From: Auanema rhodensis
Lineage: Eukaryota > Animalia > Nematoda
Assembly: GCA_964057225.1 (NCBI GenBank)
Contig: OZ059895.1
Coordinates: 12,152,001 to 12,216,000, forward strand
Direction of reading: 5' to 3'
DNA length: 64,000 bases
Below the pieces are notes generated by a model that worked only from the letters and a program-made list of their open reading frames with translations, was not told the origin of the DNA and did no database searches. The position numbers and the translations under genes were made by a program. This document shows positions 23,411-32,050 of this stretch, piece after piece. Every line of letters begins with the position of its first letter. Position 1 is the first letter of the stretch.

Positions 23411-23575
23411 CTTGTAACTTCAAATATATAGTGTTTTTGTTTTGTTTTGTTTTTTTTTTTGTTTTTTTTTTTTTTTTTTTTTTTAAGTGTTTATAAATTG
23501 TTCTTATAGCTAATTAATAAAGTTTTTTTTTTTTTTTTTTTTTTTTTTTATTATTACTACAGTAAGATTAGTGTT

Positions 23576-25096
23576 TTAATTTTTATTTGTGCTAGACTCA
23601 GCTCTGTGTCTAGGATTTCTGAGCATTTTTCTCATTAATGATGTAATTATCATCACAATTTTTATTATCTGAATGATTAGTTTTTGTATGCTTATGATTA
23701 TTATAATGATTGTTTGTACCCCTATTATATAAGATAATACTGGTATAAAAACAGTCATCAGGAGTAAGCATATTGATAATGCCCAGTTTGTTTTAACTAC
23801 ATTTAGAATGTTTCTCCAGGTGTTAGCATTTGTCACAATGTTCATGATTGTTTTTTCAACGTCTGGAATTTCACTATCCCATTGTAAGGTTCCTTGTATG
23901 ATCATGCGGTGTTTTTCATTGGCACATGTTACAAAGCATTCTTCATAGATTTCAGAATTCTCTGAGTAATATTCCACAGCTGTAAGTGGCATGTGTGGAG
24001 CGCATTCAATCATGTATATGTTCTCACTACATTGCATTGTGATCCAAGACTCCTTTTGTGATATACACATGAACTCGGCAACAGCCGTTCTTCTGCAGCT
24101 GTGACACCCGGAAAGTTTTTTAAATTCCGGTCGACAAGGAAAGTCGTACAGGAAGGTACGAGACGACACATTCCCTTGTAGTTGAAGAACAACAGTTGAT
24201 TCATCAGTTTGAGGAATAAGTGTTAATTTGTTTTCTTTCATGGTAATTAGGGTGTTCTTGGTGTTCATGGGTAATAAGTTTGCCTGATTGAAAATATTAT
24301 CAGATGGACAGGTACATGTTAGCTCTTCCCTTTTTGAAATTTTGCAGTTGCACAACCTCAGTATTTTACAAGAGTTAAATTCATTTGTAGTTTGATATTT
24401 GGTTTTGCATGCTACTTCACTCATAGTATGAGGTTCCATGTAATAACTGTTTATGGTTGACAATGCATATTTGGTGTTCAAATATCGGGTTGGTGGCACA
24501 ATATGGGAGATTGAGCTTATATTAAAGTTTGGAAAATTAACAGTGTCGTATGGTTTTAAAAGAATATTAATATTGGCTTTGTGTTTAAATAGATCATATT
24601 TTACCTCTAATGGTATATTTATTTCCCAAGAATCACATTCTACTATTTCATAAACTATTTCATTGATTGGTTTAAACTCAGTTTGATAGATTGAGCAACC
24701 GTCTTCAAGAGACCAACATCCGCAGAAAAGAGAGCCACATCGCCTAGCACAACCAACTTGTGTTGGTCCTTCTTTTTTATCAAATTCTTGTAATTGTCCA
24801 ATAGGATTTATAGCTTCACAAGTGTGATTACAAGATCCTGATCCATAACAGGAATATTGAGTTTTGTATTGAATTGTGCTTTCTCGAGTATAATATAGCG
24901 TACTTTTCTGGCAAATGTATTCTGTTGGTTTTTTCGTTATTTCTATTTTGCCGATAGATTTATTTTGGTAAATGAATTCTAAGCAAGCGTCTCTTATGCC
25001 TTTATTGAAAATGATTTCATTATCGTATTCTTGATAACAATTTGTTCGATTAATGCAAATTATATTTATTGAATGCTTAATATGTGAGTTTGAACA
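23576..25096 (-). other. Phlebovirus Gc (G2)-like class II fusion glycoprotein domain
   Basis: Starts CSNSH after a signal-like stretch (LSIALMVLLITVES); fusion-loop-like CGSLFCGCWSLEDGC (24695-24739) resembles phlebovirus CGGWGCGCF; GCHSC motif; hydrophobic C-terminal anchor. Such env genes are known in nematode BEL/Pao elements. Confidence 0.85.
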
Positions 25097-28000
25097 AGAT
25101 TCCACTGTTATTAATAATACCATGAGTGCTATCGATAATTGTAATGAAGTGAATGATGATGTTCTCATGTAATTTGGAATTTTAATAGTTTCTGGAATAT
25201 CATTTTTCCATTTTGGAGTTACATTGTCAAACTTCGTGGTTACTGTGTTTTCCTTTTGTACGACTACATCGTCTGAACTTGTTAATCTTTTTGAATCAGG
25301 TTTTCCACTTCTAACTTCGGTTAGTATCGTTTGCCAATTATCATTTAAAAATTTATACCAATATTGGTCATTTTTATGAGCTTTCAATACTCTTTTACAA
25401 ATTGCTAATATAGTAAATAATAGTATAATTGGTATGAAAAATGTTATCAAAGTCGTTAATGGATTACATTGAGGGAAATATAATGCTTCCGCTGTTAGCA
25501 ATTCAGAGGATTGGCATGTAGCCTCAACTGTTGGAATTATCCCAAGAAGAGCTACTTTTGGAACAATCGTTTTCATTTTATTTTTCTTAAAATAACTTCT
25601 TACCGCTGCTTGACTACCTTGTGTTCTTGTTCTGAACCATCTATTTAGATTTGAAGGTTTGGATTCATTTTCGGTTTGAAGAGTTATCTCATTTGTTTGA
25701 TCTTTCTCTTGTTCTAAGTTCGTATTATTAGAATCATTTTCGTCTCCTGCGTCGTTGATGATATTCATGTTGGGTGTATAGATTTCGAGTGGTATTACAT
25801 TGTTACTTTGTTCACTTTCTTGAGTATTTTCAATAGTTTCAACATTTTCAACCCGATTTCCTTTTTGTGTTACCGTCCCGGTGATTAAAAATGGATTCAC
25901 TTGGTATTTTTTATTGTATCTCATTGAGTGAGGTTCTGACGCAAACGGTGCTGCTTCTGCGTTTCTCACTTCTAGTGGATATATGTGGTTTAATGAACGA
26001 GTTGTTATGAGACCAGTGCCAGTTATTAGTTTTGCAGATCTAACTTCCCCATCTGCACTTTTTATCAGTTCTATTATGCGTCCTAATTTCCATTTACCTC
26101 TACTTGAATTATCATTTTGTATTATAATAACTTCTCCTTCTTGTGGTTTCTTAGCATTCGTTGCAGGTTGTTTTCTGTTGTGTTTGTAAATATCTCTAAG
26201 ATAAAGTAAATACTCGGAATAGAATTTTTTCCAAAATAGTTGAGTTACATCGTTAGATAACTCTATTGCTTCAATGGCTTGCTCTATAGTTTGTATTGTC
26301 CTGCTATTGATAGTTTTATCATAAATTCGGGTATTCGATACGTTCGAAGAAAGTGTAAACCTGATGGAACGGTTTAAAAAATCACAAGGTCTGATAGGCA
26401 AAATGTTCAGGTTGGATGGGTTCGGATGTGTAAGCGGGCGAGTATTCAAAATTGTTTCGATTTTTACAATTACTGTATGTATATCATCAATTGACATTAA
26501 TCTATTTCCAATTGTTTTGTATAGTGCTAACTTTGTTAGTCCTACTAGTCTTTCCCATGTTCCACCTTTCCATGGAGCCTGTGGTGTGTTGAAGTACCAT
26601 TTAATATTCTTTTCGGCAAGATAATTGGTTAATGTTTTTTCATTTTTAGATTCATGGTTTTCTGTGTAAAACTCTATTACTTTAGCACTTAATAAGAAAT
26701 TTCCTCCATTATCGCTTCGTATTATTTCTGGAATACCTCTTCTTCCAATGAACCTTTCGAAAGCGTTTAAGAATGCTTTTGTTGATTGGTCAAAAACTAT
26801 TTCTAAGTGTATAGCTCTTATAGCTAAACAAGTAAACAGACATATAAATATCTTTTTGCCATCCTTTATGGTTATTGGACCTAATAAGTCACAACCTGTA
26901 CTCATGAATGGTTTTGTTAGAATTACTCTATCCTTAGGCAATGCTGGCATTAAGGACGTTCCAAACGGCAAAGCGTTGTATCTATTGCAGATTGTGCATG
27001 TTTTGAGAACTGATCTGACTATGCTTGATGGTTTACTTAAAAAGTATTTTTGACGCAAAAGTGTTAGAACAAAATCTCTCCCTTGGTGCATGCATTCTCT
27101 GTGTAAATGCATAATTATGTGTTCTGTGTACGGAGAATCCCTTGGAAGATATATGGGATTTTGAGTTTCAAACGGTAATTCCGAGTTGTTCAATCTACTA
27201 CGAACTCTGATTATTTCTTCATCGAGAAAAAATACAAAACCTTCATGTTTTTTCGTGAGGAGATCTATTGTTACATGCTGTTGTGCTTTACTTATTAGTA
27301 GTTTGGTTATAATCTCAATATCATTAGCTGTAGTTTGCCAGTTTTCATCTAATTGCATTACCTTATTTAACCTTGTTATAGCTGTGGGATGTACTTTTAT
27401 GATCCAATGTCTCAAGAATTTACTTAATTTAACTATAGTTTTCAGTAAGGTATAGTTGTTGCTACGTAATTTAAATATATCTTCAACTGGTATTTGTGTT
27501 ATTTGTTGTTGTTCAACGGTATCGATCAAGGTTGTTATATTCCAAATAGGCTCATATTCAATTTCTTCAATGTGTGATTTTGTTTGGGTTAACCATTGTG
27601 GTCCTTTAATCCACATAGAATCACTTAGTTCTTGGAGACAAGCTCTTCGAGAACCAATATCGGCTGGGTTATAATCACCATTCACATGAAAAAGTTTGAT
27701 TTTAATGTTACTTTCCTTCAATTTATCTATATACTTCCTTACATTGTCGACGCGACAGCCTACATATGGTGGTAAAGTTTTCTGATGGTTAGCTATCCAA
27801 TGTAAGGCTACCTTACTGTCACTGGCTACGTGTACAGTTTTAAGATGATTGGTTGTAGATGTGACATTATCAGCTAACATAATACCTAATAGTATGGCAA
27901 TGAGTTCTAGTCTTGGGATAGTCAGATTTCCCTTCTTTGCAATTTTCGACTTTCCGCTTACAAGTTGGCTTATTTTACCATTGGTTTCAATGTATGTGCA

Positions 28001-31000
28001 GGCAGCAATGGCTAGTTTACTAGCATCCGTAAATACCCATAATATAGAGTCATTCAGGTTTAACTTTCTTTCAAGTCTCAATTCCTTTTCATTTAATAAT
28101 TCATTTATAGCTAAATTCCATTTATGTGTTATTTCTTTGGGTAATTCTACATCCCAACCCTTGAATTGATCACTTGATTCTCTTAGTAGTAATTTTAATG
28201 GTAAAATCAATGGGCTTGCCATACCTAATGGATCGAATATTGAATGTATTTGACTTAACATGTTCCTGTGCGTGTTGATTTCAAATTTCTTTAATTTAAG
28301 TATAAGAACGAATAAATCTAATTTTGTATCATAATTTAAACCCAAAATTTTGGTAGTATTATGTGGGTATTTGTCTTCATTGTTCATATCTTCAGTAACT
28401 TTTGGATTGTTGCTCATAAATTCTCTTAAATTCATAGAAATGCCTTGTAAGATTTTCTTGGCTTTTTCGCATTTTATCTTAGCTTCTTCAACACTGTTTG
28501 CATATAAAATTATATTGTCAACATATAAGGAATCGAGCAAGTGACTAGCGTAAGGGTCGGTATGATTATTGAGGTACCAGGCTAAGCTCATGCTTAATAT
28601 ACCCGGGGACGCTGTTATACCAAATGGTAGCCGTTTGAATTGGTATGTCATGACGTTATATTTATTTACCGATTCATTTTCGTTTCTAATCCAGAAAAAT
28701 TTACAATATTTTCTGTGCTCTTCTTTAATACTTATTTGTAAAAATGCTGACTCAATGTCGCAGGTTATTATTATTGGACTTTTTCTACATTTTATTAATA
28801 TATCATGAATTTTGTGAATAAATGTTTGGCCTGAATGCATAACTTGGTTCAACGATGGACTATTTTTTTGTTTTGCTGAAGCATCAAACACGATTCTTAA
28901 AGGTCGAGCTTTTTCTTTTCTCCACACTCCATGATGTGGTAAGAAAAATCCATCTTCGGCTGATTCATCAACAATTGGCTCGATAATTCCCTTTTGAATG
29001 TATTCATTTATTAATTTTTTATACCATTCTAGTTGTTCTTTATTAGAGTGTAGATTTTTCCATAATGTCATGAATCTATGAAAAGCTGGCCATTTATTAT
29101 TTTTCAATTTATTCAAATAATTTTTAAATGGAAACGGAGCTTCAATTCTCCCGGCTTTAATGGATAGTTTTTTACTATATTCTTTAAGATAATTCTCTGC
29201 TTCTGCATTGTTATCTACTATGGTGCTTATTCCAATAGTATCGATAAGGAAAAGTTCTTTCAGTTTTGTTTCTGGAGGTGGTTCATGACTTTGTTCCTCT
29301 TCAATGCTACACAGAGTTACAATTTTTTCAAGTTTAGTTTCTCCATTTATAAGAGTTCCAAATACAGATCCTTTACATAAAAGATCAGAGGGAAGTCTGA
29401 ATTCTTCATTGTCTTTTACAAACAATTTTAATCTATCTTGTCCAATCAAAACATCCGGTTCAAAAACTTCCCCATTTGTATCGGTATTGGCTAATATAAT
29501 ATTATTTTCTTTAATGAAGCTCAAATCCTTTCTTGAAAGATAAGGACTATATATGTGGGAACTGATTTTTGGCTTAGTGAGCATTTCAGTTACAATTAAA
29601 TTTTTTTCTTTAGTATAGAATATTGTGTTTACTATACTTGAAACATGAGAATGTTTCATTCCTCCAATACCATGAAATGTTTTTCTTTGTTTGGATTTAA
29701 CTGGTAGTTTCATCCTTTTTGCTAGATCTTCTCTGATAAAAGATCGTTGAGAACAATCATCAAAAATAATGTTAACTTTCTCATAACTATCGCTATTGTA
29801 ATTGAACAAATTTGCTTTTGCTGTTCGTAAAATTATTTGGCCTTTTTCTACGTCATGATTACCAACAATTGTGGTTAAACTTGTGGGTTCTTCATGTGCT
29901 TTCTTTGGAATAATTGTTTGATTATTTCTGGTCTTTTCTTCATCATTACCCCTTTGTAAAGAAATGTTGGTGATGACTCCATTTCTATTCTGATTTCTTT
30001 TATTTTGGTAACAAACTGAAATGTTGTGATCATCATGACAGCTGTTGCATTTAAACTTTGGCCATGTGCAGTTTTTGCTTTGATGATTGTCTGCAAAGCA
30101 TACATAACATAGCCTTTTTTCTCTTAAAATTTTCCTTTTTTCCGTTGTTTCAATAGGACACATATGGCTATTGTGTGAATTGTTCGCGCAAAAAACGCAA
30201 TTCCTTCTTTGTTTCAAATCCTTAACTTCATTCAATCGAAATTGTTTTTTAGTTTGATCACCATCTGGATTTTTACTTTTTTCATTGTTACTGAGATACA
30301 GTGATTCAGTGTTTTCAGTCATCTGTAGTAGTTTTACTTGCGCCGAAATATGTTCAATGATTTTCTCGTGGGACCATTCAAAATTTTGTTTGATGTGAAT
30401 ATCTTTGATTATTTCAAATGGGAATTTATTGAGTACGGTAGCAACATAAAGCTCTTTGGTTAAAGATCCTCCCGCCGCTTGAATCTGTCGCAGCAGAGCT
30501 TTTATCTCTCTTAGCGTTTGAGCACAACTATCGGCTCGTCTTGAAGCTTTTGGCACCTTATTCAACTTGTTGATCAGCGTTGCTGTATCAACAGCGTATG
30601 AGGAATATTCTTCCTTCAAACAATTTTTCATAAACTCATAGTTTTCTTCGGTACCGGGAATTCCCCTAAGAAGATATTCGGCTTCACCTGATAAGGACTC
30701 ACATAGGAAGTTCACTTTTTCACTTATAGAGAAAGATTCATTGTTATCAATCATTCTCATAAATCTATCCCAGAATAAAGGGAATTTTTCCGGAGTACCG
30801 TCAAAGGTTGGAGTTTTTAATACGGGTCTTTGCAGTATTTGGTTAATCAGTCTTACTTCATTAACATGCTGATCATGCACTACCTGATCGGGTAAACTGT
30901 TTTGTTTTTCTTGTACCTCGTTTGTACAATTTTCATATTCTTTTTCTTCTGTATATTCAACTCTTTCCCGAAGTTGTTGTAATTCAAGTTGTATTTCCAT

Positions 31001-31408
31001 ATCTTTGATTTTTTCTTTATTTTTATCAATAAGATTTTTTAAGAATATCAACTTGTCATTCAATTCCAGTATTATTAACGTGGCATTGCCACGGATGTCT
31101 CCTTTCTCACCTTCTTCGAATTTTGTAAATTTTTTGTTTAATTCTTTTTGGTGCTCTTCTTCTAAAAGCTCACAAACTCTTTGAAAATTAATTTCAATGG
31201 TTTCAATTGATTGGAGTTTATTCTCCAAAATATTCAAGTAATTTTTAACTCTTGCACATTCATTCTCTTGCGCAATAATTTGATTTACCGGCTCAGACAA
31301 TTCTGAGTAATCGGTCATTTTCTTATAGTTTTCAACTTTAGAATTCAGTTTATTCAAAAATTCTAATTCTCTCCCCATTTGGAGAATATATCTTTGAGCG
31401 GAGGACAT
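23576..31408 (-). CDS. Gag-Pol-Env polyprotein of element B (2610 aa from the first ATG)
   Basis: Gag PTFDGTPEKFPLFW plus three zinc knuckles; protease IIFDDCSQRSFI; RT LYVDNI; RNase H VFTDAS; integrase HHCC plus DLLGP / SDNGGNF / WERLVG; GKWKLGRI domain; Cys-rich glycoprotein with C-terminal TM. Confidence 0.96.
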   Translation of the reverse strand: MSSAQRYILQMGRELEFLNKLNSKVENYKKMTDYSELSEPVNQIIAQENECARVKNYLNILENKLQSIETIEINFQRVCELLEEEHQKELNKKFTKFEEGEKGDIRGNATLIILELNDKLIFLKNLIDKNKEKIKDMEIQLELQQLRERVEYTEEKEYENCTNEVQEKQNSLPDQVVHDQHVNEVRLINQILQRPVLKTPTFDGTPEKFPLFWDRFMRMIDNNESFSISEKVNFLCESLSGEAEYLLRGIPGTEENYEFMKNCLKEEYSSYAVDTATLINKLNKVPKASRRADSCAQTLREIKALLRQIQAAGGSLTKELYVATVLNKFPFEIIKDIHIKQNFEWSHEKIIEHISAQVKLLQMTENTESLYLSNNEKSKNPDGDQTKKQFRLNEVKDLKQRRNCVFCANNSHNSHMCPIETTEKRKILREKRLCYVCFADNHQSKNCTWPKFKCNSCHDDHNISVCYQNKRNQNRNGVITNISLQRGNDEEKTRNNQTIIPKKAHEEPTSLTTIVGNHDVEKGQIILRTAKANLFNYNSDSYEKVNIIFDDCSQRSFIREDLAKRMKLPVKSKQRKTFHGIGGMKHSHVSSIVNTIFYTKEKNLIVTEMLTKPKISSHIYSPYLSRKDLSFIKENNIILANTDTNGEVFEPDVLIGQDRLKLFVKDNEEFRLPSDLLCKGSVFGTLINGETKLEKIVTLCSIEEEQSHEPPPETKLKELFLIDTIGISTIVDNNAEAENYLKEYSKKLSIKAGRIEAPFPFKNYLNKLKNNKWPAFHRFMTLWKNLHSNKEQLEWYKKLINEYIQKGIIEPIVDESAEDGFFLPHHGVWRKEKARPLRIVFDASAKQKNSPSLNQVMHSGQTFIHKIHDILIKCRKSPIIITCDIESAFLQISIKEEHRKYCKFFWIRNENESVNKYNVMTYQFKRLPFGITASPGILSMSLAWYLNNHTDPYASHLLDSLYVDNIILYANSVEEAKIKCEKAKKILQGISMNLREFMSNNPKVTEDMNNEDKYPHNTTKILGLNYDTKLDLFVLILKLKKFEINTHRNMLSQIHSIFDPLGMASPLILPLKLLLRESSDQFKGWDVELPKEITHKWNLAINELLNEKELRLERKLNLNDSILWVFTDASKLAIAACTYIETNGKISQLVSGKSKIAKKGNLTIPRLELIAILLGIMLADNVTSTTNHLKTVHVASDSKVALHWIANHQKTLPPYVGCRVDNVRKYIDKLKESNIKIKLFHVNGDYNPADIGSRRACLQELSDSMWIKGPQWLTQTKSHIEEIEYEPIWNITTLIDTVEQQQITQIPVEDIFKLRSNNYTLLKTIVKLSKFLRHWIIKVHPTAITRLNKVMQLDENWQTTANDIEIITKLLISKAQQHVTIDLLTKKHEGFVFFLDEEIIRVRSRLNNSELPFETQNPIYLPRDSPYTEHIIMHLHRECMHQGRDFVLTLLRQKYFLSKPSSIVRSVLKTCTICNRYNALPFGTSLMPALPKDRVILTKPFMSTGCDLLGPITIKDGKKIFICLFTCLAIRAIHLEIVFDQSTKAFLNAFERFIGRRGIPEIIRSDNGGNFLLSAKVIEFYTENHESKNEKTLTNYLAEKNIKWYFNTPQAPWKGGTWERLVGLTKLALYKTIGNRLMSIDDIHTVIVKIETILNTRPLTHPNPSNLNILPIRPCDFLNRSIRFTLSSNVSNTRIYDKTINSRTIQTIEQAIEAIELSNDVTQLFWKKFYSEYLLYLRDIYKHNRKQPATNAKKPQEGEVIIIQNDNSSRGKWKLGRIIELIKSADGEVRSAKLITGTGLITTRSLNHIYPLEVRNAEAAPFASEPHSMRYNKKYQVNPFLITGTVTQKGNRVENVETIENTQESEQSNNVIPLEIYTPNMNIINDAGDENDSNNTNLEQEKDQTNEITLQTENESKPSNLNRWFRTRTQGSQAAVRSYFKKNKMKTIVPKVALLGIIPTVEATCQSSELLTAEALYFPQCNPLTTLITFFIPIILLFTILAICKRVLKAHKNDQYWYKFLNDNWQTILTEVRSGKPDSKRLTSSDDVVVQKENTVTTKFDNVTPKWKNDIPETIKIPNYMRTSSFTSLQLSIALMVLLITVESCSNSHIKHSINIICINRTNCYQEYDNEIIFNKGIRDACLEFIYQNKSIGKIEITKKPTEYICQKSTLYYTRESTIQYKTQYSCYGSGSCNHTCEAINPIGQLQEFDKKEGPTQVGCARRCGSLFCGCWSLEDGCSIYQTEFKPINEIVYEIVECDSWEINIPLEVKYDLFKHKANINILLKPYDTVNFPNFNISSISHIVPPTRYLNTKYALSTINSYYMEPHTMSEVACKTKYQTTNEFNSCKILRLCNCKISKREELTCTCPSDNIFNQANLLPMNTKNTLITMKENKLTLIPQTDESTVVLQLQGNVSSRTFLYDFPCRPEFKKLSGCHSCRRTAVAEFMCISQKESWITMQCSENIYMIECAPHMPLTAVEYYSENSEIYEECFVTCANEKHRMIIQGTLQWDSEIPDVEKTIMNIVTNANTWRNILNVVKTNWALSICLLLMTVFIPVLSYIIGVQTIIIIIISIQKLIIQIIKIVMIITSLMRKMLRNPRHRAESSTNKN

Positions 31409-31508
31409 TATTTTAGCCTTCCTCAATGGATATTTCAGATTCAGCGATATTTTTATCGTCTTATTGTTTCTTGACAAGTAATTTCTTGTCAACTCGGATT
31501 TTCTACGA

Positions 31509-31601
31509 GTTCTTCGGAATTTTATTTCTCCGGCGGTTCTATATAACCTTTAACACAGTGTTCTTCGGAATTTATTTCTCCGGCGGTTCTATATAACCTT
31601 T
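31509..31601. repeat. Two-copy direct repeat of about 42 bp in the element B 5' leader
   Basis: GTTCTTCGGAAT(T)TTATTTCTCCGGCGGTTCTATATAACCTTT at 31509-31551 and 31560-31601. Confidence 0.9.
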
Positions 31602-31637
31602 GTTTTAAACTTTCCTTATCAGTAAGCAACTGAATTA

Positions 31638-31654
31638 TCCTGCCGTGGTCGCCA
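31638..31654 (-). promoter_or_regulatory. Primer-binding site of element B, tRNA-Arg type
   Basis: Minus strand TGGCGACCACGGCAGGA 2 nt after the 5' LTR; complementary to the ...TCCTGCCGTGGTCGCCA 3' end of nematode tRNA-Arg as I recall it. Confidence 0.85.
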
Positions 31655-31656
31655 AA

Positions 31657-31994
31657 TGTCGCTTGACAAACTGGACTTTTACCTCCAAGTATCAGTCCAA
31701 GTATGGAGTCGGTTCGTATGAGTGCGGTATTATGCGTTAAGACAAGTTAAATGAAGAAAGGTTTATTCAATAAATGCAACAACAGTAAAGTGAACAAGTG
31801 GATTGATTCTAGAAATTCCAAGAAATCCTAAAATCAATACAAAATTGGTGAGACATGAGTTTTTTCCATCTGGTTCTCCCTTTTATAGGGAGGCACCAGA
31901 TGGATCAAGGGGAGGAGAATGTTTTTGCGAGACAAAGTAAGAATGAGTGAAAATCAGTATGAAACTTACATATTCTTTCACGTCGACCGTGACA
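31657..31994 (-). repeat. 5' LTR of element B
   Basis: 338 bp, matches 22050-22387; adjacent to the PBS. Confidence 0.97.
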
Positions 31995-32050
31995 GGGCCC
32001 GGTTAGTACTTGGATCGTAGACGGCTTGGGAATCCCGGGTCCCGTAAGCT
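31995..32050 (+). pseudogene. 3' half (nt 64-119) of the 5S gene interrupted by element B
   Basis: Begins with duplicated GGGCC then CGGTTAGTACTTGG...CGTAAGCT. Confidence 0.95.

Larger units (their letters stand above)
22050..31994 (-). mobile_element. Complete env-containing BEL/Pao LTR retroelement, element B (9945 bp)
   Basis: Two apparently identical 338-bp TG...CA LTRs, 5-bp TSD GGGCC on both sides, PBS, uninterrupted gag-pol-env ORF. Confidence 0.98.

Noticed and set aside
23430-23550. Long T/A tracts as the poly(A) tail of a nested LINE or retrocopy
   Set aside because: No TSD; the tracts are shared by B and C; the adjacent gene retains introns, so they fit a 3' UTR or terminator region better.
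24010-30105. Short ORFs overlapping the element B polyprotein (mirrored at 52147-58233 in C)
   Set aside because: Their conservation is explained by near identity of the polyprotein DNA; no splice or selection signal, unlike the 23021-23410 gene.
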